From positions 33,946,993-34,010,992 of the forward strand of contig NC_068984.1 of assembly GCF_001194135.2 (NCBI RefSeq): a stretch of 64,000 bases of DNA. Reading direction: 5' to 3'. Positions 1-13,827 of this stretch are shown piece by piece (position 1 is the first letter of the stretch; each line of letters starts with the position of its first letter). Origin of the DNA: Octopus bimaculoides. Its lineage: Eukaryota. Made by a program: the position numbers and the translations under genes. The notes below the pieces were generated by a model. It saw nothing but the letters and a program-made list of their open reading frames with translations. It was not told the DNA's origin and searched no databases.

Positions 1-150
1 TGTGCTACCAGGTTCAATCCAACTATGTGGAATGCAAAATAAGTGTCTTATATTATAGCCTCAGACCAACCAATGTTTTGTGAGTGAATTTAGTAGATAG
101 AAACTGTGTAGCAGCTTTCTGTGTATATATGTGTGTGTGTGTGTGTGTCT
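1..150 (+). mobile_element. tRNA-derived CORE-type SINE (octopus OR1/OR2-like, family A), decayed partial copy
   Basis: GGTTCAATCC B-box-like, then aagtgtctta..tatagcctcagaccaaccaa..tgtgagtgaattt..agaaactg, matching intact copies at 44.5k and 54.4k. Confidence 0.6.
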
Positions 151-189
151 TTGGTTCACTTGAGACCAAAGAAGAGGACATTTGACTAT

Positions 190-257
190 GGAGCCACAAT
201 ATGGTAGTGAACCCAAAACGATGTTGTTGTGAAGCAAGCTTCTTAACCACACAGCCA
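190..257 (-). mobile_element. Family A SINE head fragment
   Basis: Reverse complement of ggctgtgtggttaagaagcttgct...gggttcacta. Confidence 0.55.
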
Positions 258-299
258 ATCTTGTATCAAGGAACAATTATAAACATATATACATACATA

Positions 300-539
300 C
301 ATATATATGTGTGTGTGTGTGCGTGTGTGTGTGGGTGTGTGTCTGCGTGTATGTGTGTCTGTGTGTGTGTCTGTGTTTATGAGTTATATAAATGAGAATA
401 TATAGAAACACACAGACATTTATATATATATATATTTATACAGGTATATATGTATAATGCATAATCTATAACATCGATAGATATACTTAATCTATAGCAT
501 ATACAGATATACATAATTGATTTTACATATACATATCTG

Positions 540-585
<46 letters not shown>

Positions 586-601
586 TCATCATCATTATCA
601 T

Positions 602-655
<54 letters not shown>
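300..655. repeat. Compound microsatellites (GT)n, (TA)n, (CAT)n
   Basis: Direct reading; explains the poly-Met ORF 377..655. Confidence 0.95.
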
Positions 656-1227
656 ACATATATATTCACATATGTTGAATGCTTTGCCAAATACAATATA
701 TATTAATAATAATAAAGCTTCCGGAAATATAGGAATAAAAGTGCACAGACAATTGGCTTTAGAATTGTCTTCCTCTTTCCATAATTCCTATTAGTGCTTC
801 ATTAGTCCTATTGTCTGAAAAAAAGAAAAAAATGATAACTAGAAAGAAAAATCAAATCTGTCTATAACAACTTTGTAAACATCGGAAATCAATCTCTTAT
901 CATTCTTCTTTTGTAGTATTTTCTAGTTTTACTTATCATACATCTTCCAAACAGAAGTTTGTGCAAGAGTTTGTGTCTGCATATTCATATGCGTGTCAGT
1001 TTGTGAGGTGAGGGTAATTTTGTATAAGAGTATATGAAATTGCCTGTTTACGTATGTACAAATAGTGTCATCATAATCATCATTATCAAACGTTATAACA
1101 TGCAATTCTATATGCTAGATTAGTCTGGATGGTTCCACTATATTTACATATCGCAACTTGGTTCTGCTGTTTGTCATCTCATGTGTAAAATATGTCCTCA
1201 GCATACTCTTTAATAACTTCATCTTCC

Positions 1228-1643
1228 TTCTTTCATTTATTTCAGTCATTAGACAGTGGCCATGCTGGGGTAGTTGCCTTGAAGGATTTAGTTAAACAAA
1301 TTGATAACAGGACTTATTTTTTAATTCTAATACTTATTGCATTGCTCTCTTTTGTTGAACTGCTAAATTACAGAGATGTAAACAAACCAACACCAGTCAG
1401 TGGGGAAGCCGACAAACATAAAAACACACTCATACGCACACACAAAAACATGCATGATCGCATAATCACACACATACATACATACATACAACAGGCTGCC
1501 ACACAGTTTCCATCTACTAACTCCACTCACAAAACATTGTTTAGTCTAAGGTTATAGTATAAGACACTTGTTCTAATTTCCACAGAGAGCGATTGAGCTT
1601 GAAATCACATGGGTACATAATGAGTTTCTTAAGCATGCAGCCA
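1228..1643 (-). mobile_element. Family A SINE, near full length, decayed
   Basis: tttcagtcatt..ccatgctgg..gacttatt..aaacaaaccaacaccagtcagt..(CA)n..acagtttccatctactaactccactcacaaaac..aagacacttg; collinear with 44493-44908. Confidence 0.75.
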
Positions 1644-2029
1644 TATTTTTCTTACACACACACACACACACTCAATAATCTAGGGCGCTTTCTGGCTTAA
1701 ACTCATAATTCTTTCACTTAAATGCACCATTGGAACAAAATGCTGTTTCCTTCCATCCAGACCAATTATTTTCCTAATGGAATTAATTCAAAGATATTGA
1801 AACCTTATCCATCTTATTTATCTTCAAGGGACTATAATTGTGGTGTAAAGGTTCTTGCATTCTTTGACTTACTTAGTGAAAATACGTTATTATCCACCTC
1901 CCTTTTTTACATACCTTCATAAAAGCCTAAAATGTCCAACCAAATCAGTACTCTGCCTTCCATATTTGTCATTGAATATAATCCTTTTTGAATATGAATG
2001 TCTGTATATACATTCTATCTTCTCTCTCT

Positions 2030-2720
2030 TCATTTAAGACAAGACCAAGAGGATTAATTGAAGAGAGTACAGAGCCAGAAGTAGTACAATGAAATAGTAT
2101 AAATGAGAGCATGGTTGAAGAAACAGCACAATAGGAATGAGAATGCTAGAGGAGGGTGTATTAGAAGAGACAGCTACACCATTTTCATTGACTAATGAGA
2201 GTGAATAAAAATACAACTTGAGTAGCATAATAGGGAAGAGGGAATGGAAAAGAAAGAGAGGTTGGGAGATAGTGGTAAAGAAAGGACTTGAAATTTGATT
2301 GTGTGGTGCAAGAGAGTATTTCAACAATGTGACTTAGGTGGGATGTAATGTGAGAAAGCAATGGATACCAATATGGGTAATGGTGAGCAAGGGAGAGCAC
2401 ACATGGATGATAGTAAAAAAGGTGATTGCAAGAGAAAGACTAATTGGTGCCAATTGCAAGGCAGCTGAGGTAGATGGAGAGATAGCTAGCAGGAACTGGG
2501 GAAGGTGGAGTGATAGCTAGCAGGAGCTGGTGGAGGTGGGGTGATAGCTAGCAGTACAGAATGGTGAAGGTGGGCAAGATTCATTAAAGAGAGATCCAAT
2601 ACCAGCCATTGTTTGGCGGGTATTATGATCAGAGAGCGGTACATTAATAAGCGTGGAGACATACAAATCCAATGTCATTCATCATTACACAGGCTGCATG
2701 GTACAATGAACTGGAGAGAA
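2030..2720 (-). mobile_element. Possible highly decayed Penelope-like element (GIY-YIG C-terminal region plus purine/pyrimidine-skewed 3' region)
   Basis: Minus strand near 2600-2710 gives frameshifted CSLCN..IG..RLSDH-like pieces; weak. Confidence 0.25.
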
Positions 2721-2869
2721 AGAGACAGTGAGTGAATAATGAAGAGAGGGTAGTAATAGAGACTTAACAGAAAAATAATTTGGAAGAAACCTAGATGTAA
2801 ATATATTATACATCCTAGCCTCCTTCACTTCTAATATATTTATGTATGTTTTTCCATGCTTGCATGAAT

Positions 2870-3395
2870 GACTAGGTTTTCTTCAGTACTGCCTGTCCTT
2901 ATGTGTCTTAGTCCTTGGCCTCTACTTCTTGTGGTACAGCATCTTTAGATCTGCCTTCATTACTTCATTCCATTTCTTCTAGTTGACTTCTTCCACTGGT
3001 TTCATTCATTTTGAGTGCTTGGCTTTTAATACAACTAACGTCCTCCATATACATCACATGCCTGTACCATCATAGTTGTCTCTCTTGAACACTACATCTG
3101 ATTTCTCTTATATACAGATTTTCTCTTCGTTCATTTCTCTTCTTTCATTCAGGCACACAAACATTACACACTCAACAGTGCATGTTTGTTTCATTTCTTT
3201 CTACTCCTCACAAATCTTCTGCATTCAAAGCTCATGTTTCACTACTGCAGCATCATACTTCCTTTAAAAGCAATGCACACTCTCCCTTTCACTCTAAAAG
3301 AAAGAGATCTTTTGCATCAGCAAAATACTACATTGAATATTTTCCAACCTATCTTAGCCTAACTTATATGCTTTCGGTACACTCATCTCTATAGT
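2870..3395 (-). mobile_element. Decayed RTE LINE 3' ORF fragment
   Basis: Minus strand gives RLGWK..SLSFRVKGR..; collinear with the RTE copy at 24.1-24.6k. Confidence 0.55.
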
Positions 3396-5087
3396 ATGAA
3401 GTTTCTTCACAATTCTTCACAACAAAATAACTTGGATGCTTAGGAAGAATACATATAGAATGGGCTGCTGCACTCACACACAACACATAGCAAAAACAAA
3501 TATCAGTCATAACATTTCTCAAGTCGGACTGAATTGAAAAGAGACACTAATCTGAAGACTTTATATTACCTTTTTCCGGTTCATTGAACATTAACTCAGC
3601 ACTGCAAGCTAATACACCTTGTAAGTCAAATAGTTCTTTTAATTTCTACAGCTATAAAATTCACCTGTGATGACAATTTAATATCAGCTTGCCTCTTTCT
3701 TGAGTATCTCACTATGAGAACTGGAAGTGACTGATGGAGAAGCACATCCACAGTTGGCAAAAAGAGTTGCTTTCAAATATGAGGATTAGCTTCAAATAAG
3801 TCTCAATCAAATAAGCTGACAAAGGCCAACAGCAGAGGGTTTACTCTGAGGAGAAGTGTCAGCAGGTGACAATTGATTCATGAAAACTCTCAATAACAAT
3901 GATGTATTTGTGGCAAGGCAAGTTTGGCCACCTTTGAATAAGCCTAATCCTAGTGTATGGAAGAAGCTAGATTTGTATTCATGACTGCTGGAAGAACCAA
4001 ACTGTTTGGCCAGCATAAGTTACAGAATAGTAGGGGTAAGTCGGTAATTCTGATCTTAGTGTTTATATTCAGGTCTTGGTCTTTATATTCAGCCAGATGA
4101 ACAGTCGGCAGGGGGTCATTCAACAAACTGAGAGATCAGTAGTCCACTGTAGTTGACACTACTTCCAGCATTGTGAATTCTCTGCCATTAGCACTGAGGG
4201 TCTTGTCTTGGCCATGGACACAGTATCATACCAGTATAGTGACTGAACCATTTACCTTCTTGCTTGCAGTCTTTTATAGCTACTTCAACAATGTTAAAGC
4301 AAATAATTATATATTGATGTTATATATCAAATTACAAATTTACATTGAAGATGTTTTTCACTGAAATAGATTTAGACAGTCAATGAAAGTGTTGAAGGTA
4401 AGAAACAAGAGGATTACAGTAAAAGAAACAAAAGATGGTGCTGTATTGAAAGCTTAGTAAAACGATTCTGTGTAAAAGAAATTTCTTTTCTGTACACATG
4501 GTGATTGAATTGTTCTGAAGGCTGGACTGCTTCTGTAAATATCATTAAAGAAAATCCTCCTAACATCAATGAATTCAATTCTTTGTACAATATCAAATAG
4601 ACTACTTGTTTCAGTCTACTTAGGTGGAAAATACACACAAGTCCTACTTCATAGGTTGATAAAAGTTATAAAAATAACTGCTCCAATAGTTCAGGAGAAA
4701 CAACAAAAGCTACAAGAATACAAAGATGTTATATATAAAAAAGAATGATGTAAATGAAGAAATAAAGGTTTAAAGTAAAAACAGAAGTATATGCTAATGG
4801 ATTAGTTATTTGAGGTGGTGGCAGGGTATGTTTGTTAATATTTCCTAAGGACACAGCGGTGGGAATTACTTTTGTTTTAAATGTCAGATGATAATCACAG
4901 TGCAACTGTGATTAATAAGGTTCACTTTCTTGAGATCTAAATGTGTTTCAATAATATTTTAGCCTTTTTCTAGATAACTGATGCTATACACATGCATGCA
5001 TGCACGCCCGCACACGCACGCACGCACACACACACACACACACACGTATACACATATATGCACAAATATATCATAACTGTGGTTATT

Positions 5088-5760
5088 CATCATCATCATC
5101 GTCGTCGTCGTTTAACGTCTGCTTTCCATGCTAGCATGGGTTGGATGATTTGACTGAGGACTAGTGAAACCAGATGGCTACACCAGGCTCCAATCTGATT
5201 TGGCAGAGTTTCTACAGCTGGATGCCCTTCCTAACGCCAACCACTCCGAGAGTGTAGTGGGTGATTTTACGTGCCACCAGCACGAAAGCCAGTCAGGCGG
5301 TACTGGCAACGGCCATGCTCAAAATGGTGTATTTTACGTGCCACCCGCACAAGAGCCAGTCCAGGGGCACTGGCAATGATCTCGCTCGAAAGTCCTTACA
5401 CATGCCATGGGCACAAGTGCCAGAAAGGTGATGCTGGGCACAGGTGGCATCATGATTTCCCTTTCACTTGCCCCAACAGGTCTTCGCAAGCTGAGTTTCA
5501 TGTCCAATGAAGGAGACGACATTGGCGTGGGTGCCAGTCATCGAATTTAATTCGATTTCGATTTCACTTGCCTCAACAGGTCTTCACAAGTGGAGTTTAG
5601 TGTCCAATGAAGGAAGGTACGCATAAGTGGACTGCCTGAGCCCTTAGATTTAGGTCTCTCTTGGCTTGCCGGGTCTTCTCATGCACAGCATATTTCCAGA
5701 GATCTCAGTCAGAAGTCATCGCCTTGGTGAGGCCCAATGTTCGAAGGTCGTGCCTCAAAT
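5088..5760 (-). mobile_element. 5'-truncated RTE LINE: ORF end plus full 3' UTR and (GAT/GAC)n tail
   Basis: rc begins gaggcacgaccttcgaacattgggcctcac..gagaagacccggcaagccaag and ends agcatggaaagcagacgttaaacgacgacg(atg)n; an internal ~55-bp repeat occurs twice (about 5460 and 5562). Confidence 0.8.
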
Positions 5761-8569
5761 CACTGAGTTTATCTGAGTAGAATAGTTAGTATCTTAAAAT
5801 ATCAGCAGAGGTGTAACACTTTTAATAAGCATTGATAAATCTTTGATTCTGCATATCTGATATAACATTAAATGCTGGGATACATATCTAATGATTTGTT
5901 GTGATGTAACAATCATGTTTTTAATTGAAACACCAATGTTCTCCTATCTAATCTGATTTAGAAAAAAAAATAAAACAAAAGTCTTTATTCAAGTCAGTTT
6001 AAAGATTGACTTTAGTAGTTCTTTCAGACTCCATTATAGATCAAGTGACTGAACTTAGTTAATTGTTCTTACTTAATAATTAATTAAGCTTGATGGAGTA
6101 ATGATATTATGCTATTCTGTATGTTCATGGGGATTATAAAGTTTGGATAATTCTGGAGAAAGACATGATTTCAAAAGTTTCTATATATGGTTTATTCAAT
6201 GGTTTCCCTTAACCATTGACTTCATCTTGAACTTTCAGCTTGTAACTTTACACTAGATCTCAGACAGAGTAATATCAAGCTATCAAACAGATATTGTTGG
6301 TATGAGACAGTCACTGATATGGTTGCAACAGTCAGGACAATAATTGTGAACTTCCAGATAATTTTCCTTCCTTGATAATTTAACTTACTATAATTACTCT
6401 GTATGTTCACCAATGGTCACAGTATTTGAATTGTCTGTTTGTATGTACATATTTACTGCAGGCTGAAGAAGCATTTGAAAAACTTGACAACTCTTGAAAT
6501 TTTGTAGACTATTCTTTATTGAGGACGTTGTGACATTTTGTATTATTATACTGCTGATGTTCACACATTCTCTGTTGTTCAACTTTAAGCTACACTAAAT
6601 TTAATCTGATAAGAACCCAACCATCTTTAAAATTTCTAGTCTGTTCATGTTTTTATATAAAATAATAATCAATTTCCAGGTCTTTTATTCACTCTTCTGC
6701 TACTATGTTTCCAAAAATTAATTTCCTTAGATACATAAAAGTAACATAACACTTCTGTTCATGACATTAAGATTAAAGTTGTAATGTTAAATGTGTAATA
6801 AAACTTCACCAATATTGCAAAACAGTGAGCTGTTGATATCTCTCTTAATTGAAAGTTGAAGGTAACTTGGAAATTAGAAAGAGGATCCCAAAACAAAAAC
6901 AAATTATATACACTTTTATTCAGTACAGTATTTTTTATAATTAATTTGGCTATTAGTTCCTTAGCCATTGTCTGTTCCAGAAAAGGTGACTGTTTTGTAT
7001 GAAACAAAGGAAGCAAGCAACTTAACAAAAATTGCTTGAAATATGGCTGATAGGTCAGTAAAACACTTGCTACTAATGTAACGCCCATTGATCATGACTT
7101 CTTACTTCAGGGATAAATTCCAATGGCTAAAGTAGTGTTTCTAAAACTTCTGGGGTTTTTTTTTTCTTTTCCAGTGTCTTATTTCAAGCACCCTACCATA
7201 AATGGACAAAGTATATAGCATATTTATATTCAAAAAACGTTTTAACTAAAGCATTATTTCCAGTTTTATTTAACTTGTTATTTACATCACATTCTGAAGT
7301 TCCGCATACCACTAAAATATTGCCATGGTGTGATATGTGCCTCACCTTGAAAAACCCTGGACTAAACTGAATTAGTACCTTTAAATTCTAGGTTACAATC
7401 TTATAAAAAATTAAATAAATTTTCTTTTAATGAACATGTCAAGAACATAGGACATTAATGATTGCAATTCAATTATTCAACTTGGCTAATAAACAACAAA
7501 AGAAAGATTACTAGATTCAGCAAAATGAACATATTACTACAAGATAGTAAGGTACTAGGACAATTTTATAAAAGTAAAGGTGCCCTTGAATGAGTTAACC
7601 ACAGTTTATTATTGGTACACTTTTTATTGATTCAGGAAAAATGAAAATCAAGTGACAGCACTGACAGTGTTTGAATTAACAAAATCATATTTATCTGTGA
7701 TAAAGCACCTAAATAGACACATTATAACCAACATATTCTCAACAGGATTACAAGATGTTCATGACTTTCTCATGTTTAGTAGAAATGCAAAACTGAAATA
7801 GGCACAACCAGGTATTGAAATAGTGTCATCAAGAGATTACATTTACTTTGATATTATATGTAGACCACATTAGAAATACTTGCATCAACACTCAGAGGAT
7901 TAATAATTTTATTCAAATTCAAATTTGCCACTGTCAACTTCATTTAGTTCTTTAGAATGTTAAAATCTCTGTAGTTCTGACTATACAAGAGAAAACTACA
8001 GACAACAAATAAATGCATAATATTACTTTACTCCTAGAGCTTCAGAACTAATTTGGAAAACATTTTATCACTGCTAACTCACCAGAATTATATTTAAAGT
8101 CTACACTGGTGTCAGTAAGTTGTGAATTCATACAACATTGCATGACATCAGTATTATATGTCAACTAAACCATACTATACACATGCTAATAAGAATATGC
8201 ATAACTGATATTGTGCGACGTCTTAACAAAAGAATCATTTCTACCTTCTATGTTATTTCTTCTTTGCTTGTTTGCAAAGAAGAAATTGTCCATTTGTTAT
8301 CCTCACTCTTCAGAAACTTCCATAAATTTCCATATCTTGCCTCAAAGCATCGCAACATAAAGGAATTTTCATGGTTGAGTGTTTAATTTCAATGAATTCA
8401 TTTTCTATACGTAGTCTGTGTCACTTTGTTCTGTGCGTGTGTGTGGGTGTATGGGCATAGAGCTATCTGTTCAAATATAGAATCTCAAAGATATATGTAT
8501 ATTTATATGTAAGCATGGTCTCTCACACACTCATACAGCCATTATGTTATATATTACACAGTATTATTT

Positions 8570-8604
8570 ATATACACACACACACACACACATATATAAA
8601 CATG

Positions 8605-8637
<33 letters not shown>

Positions 8638-8655
8638 TTATAAATATGTGCATAC

Positions 8656-8747
<92 letters not shown>

Positions 8748-8868
8748 TAAGCACATATAAATGTATATATATATATAGGCATATATGTGTGTGTGTGCGT
8801 GCATGCATGTGTGTGTGTGTGAGTGCACACCTGCACTCACAAAAGAAAGAACAAAAGGTGAATATATG

Positions 8869-8943
<75 letters not shown>

Positions 8944-8960
8944 GTATATGTATATATGTG
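8570..8960. repeat. Compound (CA)/(TA)/(GT)/(GTAT) microsatellite block
   Basis: Direct reading; source of ORFs at 8564-9169. Confidence 0.95.
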
Positions 8961-10019
8961 TGTTTCTTTGTGTGTGTGCACATATTTCACATAGATACCT
9001 CTCGATAGATATAATGCATTTATTTTATTTATTTGACTACTGCACACCCACTTTTGTATGCATGTTTGCATATATATACCAATATTATATCTATATCATA
9101 TTTATATGTTATATCTTATTATATTGCATCACACCATATTATACATTGCAGTCAGATGACTTTATTTAACCAGCTGTAGGCTTTCTGATAATACTTGTCC
9201 TTTGTTGCAAAAACAGAATCTACTGAAACACACAAATAAATACAGAACAATAAGTTTTGGTAACATACACATATGCATCTGTGTATGTGTGTGTGTGTGT
9301 ATGCACACATGTACAGTACAGAAGTGAGTTTTCCAACAAAGGGACAAGGTGTATTTTCCATAGGAATAAAAAAAAAAACTATATTTCATTGATAGACCAT
9401 ATATTTATGCATAATTCTGTTATATGATTAATATTTTCTAACTGAAAAGAGAAAGTTGGTGGCATGACGTAAACATTTGAATGGTGGACAAAATGCTTTA
9501 CGATATTTAATTCTCTCTTTCTGTCTTCTATGCTAACATCACTTGGGATTGACATTGCAAATCATAACTACTGGGGTGTATTCAATATAGGCCGCCATTT
9601 GAAACATATGTCATTGTGCCAATATTCGCAAATGAAATTTTTTCTACGGAATCAGTGGTGTTTTACTGGAAACAGTAAAATATAGACATGATAGTTTACA
9701 ATATTCTGTCATGACATGACTCTATATTTAGAGCTGAAAACCCAACATATTGCTTTGTGCCTTAAACCCTTTTCATACCAATGCACTTGAGACTGCTTAG
9801 CATCATGATTCAAAGCCAGCTGTTTTATTATGTTCGTATCTAAATTGAGACCTGTCTATCATGGTTTTATGAATGAACTATTTGTTAATTTATGCCCTGA
9901 ATTCTTTCTTGATAAATAAAAAAACACAAATAATCGTTTTACCAAATCCTGCCAAATTCTTAGCTATTTTCAAAGTTAATTCAAACACACTGGTGGTGAG
10001 TTTCAGTTGAAATATTGAT

Positions 10020-10232
10020 TTAAAATTTTGGTACAAAGTCAGGAATTTTGGGGGAGAGTGGAAGTCAATTACATTGACTCCAGTTCTCAACTGGTACTTA
10101 TTTTATCGACCCTTAAAGGATTGAAAGCAAAGTGGTCCCTGGCAGAATTTGAGCCCACAACATAAAGATGGATGAAATCACACTTAGAATTTCACCCAGG
10201 ATGCTAATGATTCTATCAGCTCACCGCCTTAA
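10020..10232 (-). mobile_element. tRNA-derived SINE family B
   Basis: actggtacttattttatcgacc..aaaggat..aaagcaaagt..gaatttga..ctaatgattct..cagctcaccgcc; rc of the intact copy at 34457. Confidence 0.75.
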
Positions 10233-10269
10233 TTTCAATAGAAATATTGTCACAAAACCATCACCACTG

Positions 10270-10550
10270 GCATCTTCATCATCATCATCATCGTCATTTG
10301 CTCTCCTTGTTAGCATGGGATGGATAGGCCATCATGGTCAGAAACATTTCTTAGTGGGTTCTGCTGCTTCCATAGACTGGTATTTGTATATGGCATATCA
10401 CATGGTTTTTGTGGTTAGATTCCCCTACGATTGCCAACCATTTGATAAGCAGAACTGGATGCATTTTCTCATAGCATCAACACTAAAGAGGCTGAATAGT
10501 CCTCGGCAAGACATAGAAAAAGAACCACTACTCATCTACCAATCATTTTA
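10270..10550 (-). mobile_element. RTE-type 3' tail, diverged
   Basis: (CAT)n followed by ..tagcatggga..gccaacca..ctggatgc. Confidence 0.5.
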
Positions 10551-10959
10551 CCATGTATACAGGGTGCAGCGCCTTGCTCTTCCTACAAAATGATTGACTT
10601 GTCTGGGACCGATACAATAAAAAATCAACAATATACTGGTATTTAACCCAACTGGTTGTATCAAATGCATGGTTTTTGTGTCAAACAAAAAAATTGAAGT
10701 AGTCAATTGATGTATTGATGTAATTGTAGTAGGCTATGATATAGCAGAAATCAAAAGAAAACAATCAGATAATAAACCTTGAAATATTTAGCTTGATTCT
10801 TTTTCTTGAAAATGTGCCTCATTGGATTTTAATTTTCACCCTTTTACAGTTAATCTCAGAACTTACATGGTTATGATCAGTCTCAGCAAATGGAGCCTGT
10901 CAAGATCACTTCAAGATCACTCTTGGTGGAGATATAAAATTTGCATCCCCCTCCTATTC

Positions 10960-10994
10960 TGCCTCCTCTTCTGCCTCCTCCTCCTCCTCCTCAC

Positions 10995-11035
<41 letters not shown>

Positions 11036-11090
11036 CCACTACCACCACCGCCACCACCACCTCCATTACACCACCACCGCCATCATCATT
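10960..11090. repeat. (CCT)n/(CAT)n/(CAC)n trinucleotide block
   Basis: Direct reading. Confidence 0.95.
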
Positions 11091-11310
11091 ATTTAAAGTA
11101 CTCCTCTGCTAGCATGGGCTGGACAGTTTGGCAGGAGTTAGCAAGTCAGAAGACAGTGTCAAGTTTACTTTGGCTTGATTTCTATGGATGGAAGACCTTC
11201 CTAATGCCAACCACTTAACAGAGGGTAGTGCATGCATTTTACATGGCACCAGCAGCAGTGAGGTTGCCAAGTCACTAGCTGAACAAGACCCCTCAACTGC
11301 AGGAGCAGGA
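11080..11310 (-). mobile_element. RTE-type 3' tail
   Basis: tgctagcatgggctggac..ggatg..ccttcctaatgccaaccac..acatggcaccagc. Confidence 0.7.
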
Positions 11311-11472
11311 AATAATACAGAAGGGGGTGGGCTAGTGCCAGGTGATGAGAAATAAAATATGAATAGAGAGACAAAAATAGATATTTTGTAGCAGAGGAGA
11401 TACATGGCTATCTCAGTTAGAGACAGAGCGAGGGGGGAGGGGAGAGAGGGGAGAGGGAGAGGGAGAGGGAGA

Positions 11473-12242
11473 NNNNNNNNNNNNNNNNNNNNNNNNNNNN
11501 NNNNNNNNNNNNNNNNNNNNNNNNNNNNNNNNNNNNNNNNNNNNNNNNNNNNNNNNNNNNNNNNNNNNNNNNNNNNNNNNNNNNNNNNNNNNNNNNNNNN
11601 NNNNNNNNNNNNNNNNNNNNNNNNNNNNNNNNNNNNNNNNNNNNNNNNNNNNNNNNNNNNNNNNNNNNNNNNNNNNNNNNNNNNNNNNNNNNNNNNNNNN
11701 NNNNNNNNNNNNNNNNNNNNNNNNNNNNNNNNNNNNNNNNNNNNNNNNNNNNNNNNNNNNNNNNNNNNNNNNNNNNNNNNNNNNNNNNNNNNNNNNNNNN
11801 NNNNNNNNNNNNNNNNNNNNNNNNNNNNNNNNNNNNNNNNNNNNNNNNNNNNNNNNNNNNNNNNNNNNNNNNNNNNNNNNNNNNNNNNNNNNNNNNNNNN
11901 NNNNNNNNNNNNNNNNNNNNNNNNNNNNNNNNNNNNNNNNNNNNNNNNNNNNNNNNNNNNNNNNNNNNNNNNNNNNNNNNNNNNNNNNNNNNNNNNNNNN
12001 NNNNNNNNNNNNNNNNNNNNNNNNNNNNNNNNNNNNNNNNNNNNNNNNNNNNNNNNNNNNNNNNNNNNNNNNNNNNNNNNNNNNNNNNNNNNNNNNNNNN
12101 NNNNNNNNNNNNNNNNNNNNNNNNNNNNNNNNNNNNNNNNNNNNNNNNNNNNNNNNNNNNNNNNNNNNNNNNNNNNNNNNNNNNNNNNNNNNNNNNNNNN
12201 NNNNNNNNNNNNNNNNNNNNNNNNNNNNNNNNNNNNNNNNNN
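11473..12242. other. Assembly gap (N run). Other gaps: 19281-19601, 35827-36150, 37226-37235, 38318-39113, 40123-40539, 47856-47865, 48421-48788, 49704-49713, 50373-50444, 52129-52299, 57380-57636, 60974-60983
   Basis: N characters, mostly flanked by microsatellites. Confidence 0.99.
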
Positions 12243-13307
12243 GGAAGAGGGGTGAAAAGGGAGGGGGAGGGGAAAGAGGAAATGGTTAAGATGTAACTAG
12301 GGGTAATTTCAATTTGCCTGGAGATGTATATAAGTGAAGCAGAACAAAGGATTGCACAGGGTGAGTGGGTGGAAGATGGTAGGGATGGAATGTAGTGGGT
12401 GGGCACAAGCAGAAGGAGGAGGTGTTAGGAGGATGTTTTATGGTGGAGGGAGACATTCCACAAGGATGTATTGTGGGCATGAGGGTGTAAAGGGAGAGAA
12501 ATACAGAGAGGGATGAATCCAAGATGAGGGAGGGGAGGTGTTAGAAAGATGGGTTATTGGAGGCGAGGAGCCACATTGGGTCTCTTTCAAGCCAACAATG
12601 AACTGAAAGTGGCGTCTTAACTGAATGAACATTTACAGTGCTCAGATATGACAGTTTGTTTATATACCTCATAAACTTTATAATCTTGTCCCAGTATAAT
12701 ACGCAGAAACAAAAAGTTCAGTGTATTGAAAATGTTAATATGCACCAACTAAGCTGAGTTTCCACACACCATGAGGTTTGCATTTTCTCATGGAAATTAG
12801 CTGTTAATTTATGCCAGTAGTTGATTTGTTGAGAAGGTTGACACTTTCCCTCCACAAACATTTTCATAGTGTCATTGGGAAAAAGTATAATTTTATAAAA
12901 TATAAGAAAATATAAAAATCGGTTCAGGAAATTACCCAAGCAAAAAATGTCTTTGAGTGAAAAAATGGAGTAAAAAAGAAAAAGAATAGAATTTGAATAT
13001 CCTCTGTTACACTAGCATAGTAATAGTGATAGTCATTAGTTCATTTTTGGAGCAGTGGATCTCAAAGCACATAAAGCTATGGATAATAGCATGTAAATTG
13101 GGTTGAAAACCTTCTGGAATAGAAAAAGATCAAGAAATGCATATGGGACAAATTCACGTCTCATCTGTACATGACAGACGTTCTACCATTGGAATTTTAC
13201 TTTTTCTATTCAAATGGGATTTTCAACCCAATATTTACATGCTATTACTTATAGCTTTGTGCTTTGAGATTCACTCTTCCCAACCAAAATTATTTCATGC
13301 TCGCTCA

Positions 13308-13415
13308 AATGTTTATAAATTTTGGGGGAGTAGAGCTTAGTCAATACCACTGACGCAGCAGAGTTAATTGGTTGAGGGTGGGAAATGAAAAGCAAAGTTA
13401 ATTTGAACACAGAAC
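13308..13415 (-). mobile_element. Family B SINE fragment
   Basis: aattttgggggag..gtcaatacc..gaaatgaaaagcaaagtt..tttgaac. Confidence 0.5.
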
Positions 13416-13444
13416 AAAGAGCCAGAACAAATAATAATAATAGC

Positions 13445-13827
13445 TTGTCAGTTGTTTGACCTTAACCAGTTTCGCATGTCCCTTGGTGGCTGATGATATG
13501 TGCATCTCTGATCATGAGCAGAAGTAGTGGGGGAGCATCATAGCCATGTGTTGAGAGGAATTCTTTCAGGTTTGAATAATTCACCTTTGAAAATATGGAT
13601 GTTTTGCTCAACATCCTTAAACAAACCTTATTCAGGGACCTTTTGAGCAGGAAATTCTAACTGGGCCCCACCATGCACTGTTTATCTTGATATGAGATCA
13701 CCGTGTCACGCATATATGGTTGTGATGCATGTGCCGGGTGTACTCTTATCAGACGGGTAGTCATGATGGGTATAATGGGCTCCATATATTTTACCGCAGT
13801 GTCACTTTGATGGCATGCACTGCTCTC
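13445..13827 (+). mobile_element. Unclassified interspersed repeat ending in an (AAT)n tail
   Basis: GC-richer island ending gatggcatgcactgctctctcacataataataataa; retroposon-like tail. Confidence 0.45.

Noticed and set aside
5152-5175. CTGAGGA-ctagt-GAAA in RTE 3' tails (also 37.2k, 37.3k, 48.2k)
   Set aside because: No room for stem II, no stem I/III pairing, and antisense to the element; a chance resemblance to an HHR.
6239-6500. Two possible plus-strand mini-exons (..CNFTLDLRQSNIKLSNRYCW / AEEAFEKLDNS*)
   Set aside because: Phases do not join into a recognisable product; such signals arise by chance in AT-rich DNA.
9590-9602. YY1-like GCCGCCATTTG
   Set aside because: A single short motif with no promoter context.
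12243-12640. Purine-rich degenerate tracts (also 33950-34300, 35280-35820, 51340-51540, 62860-63100)
   Set aside because: Probably old retroelement 3' regions, but no family could be supported by eye.
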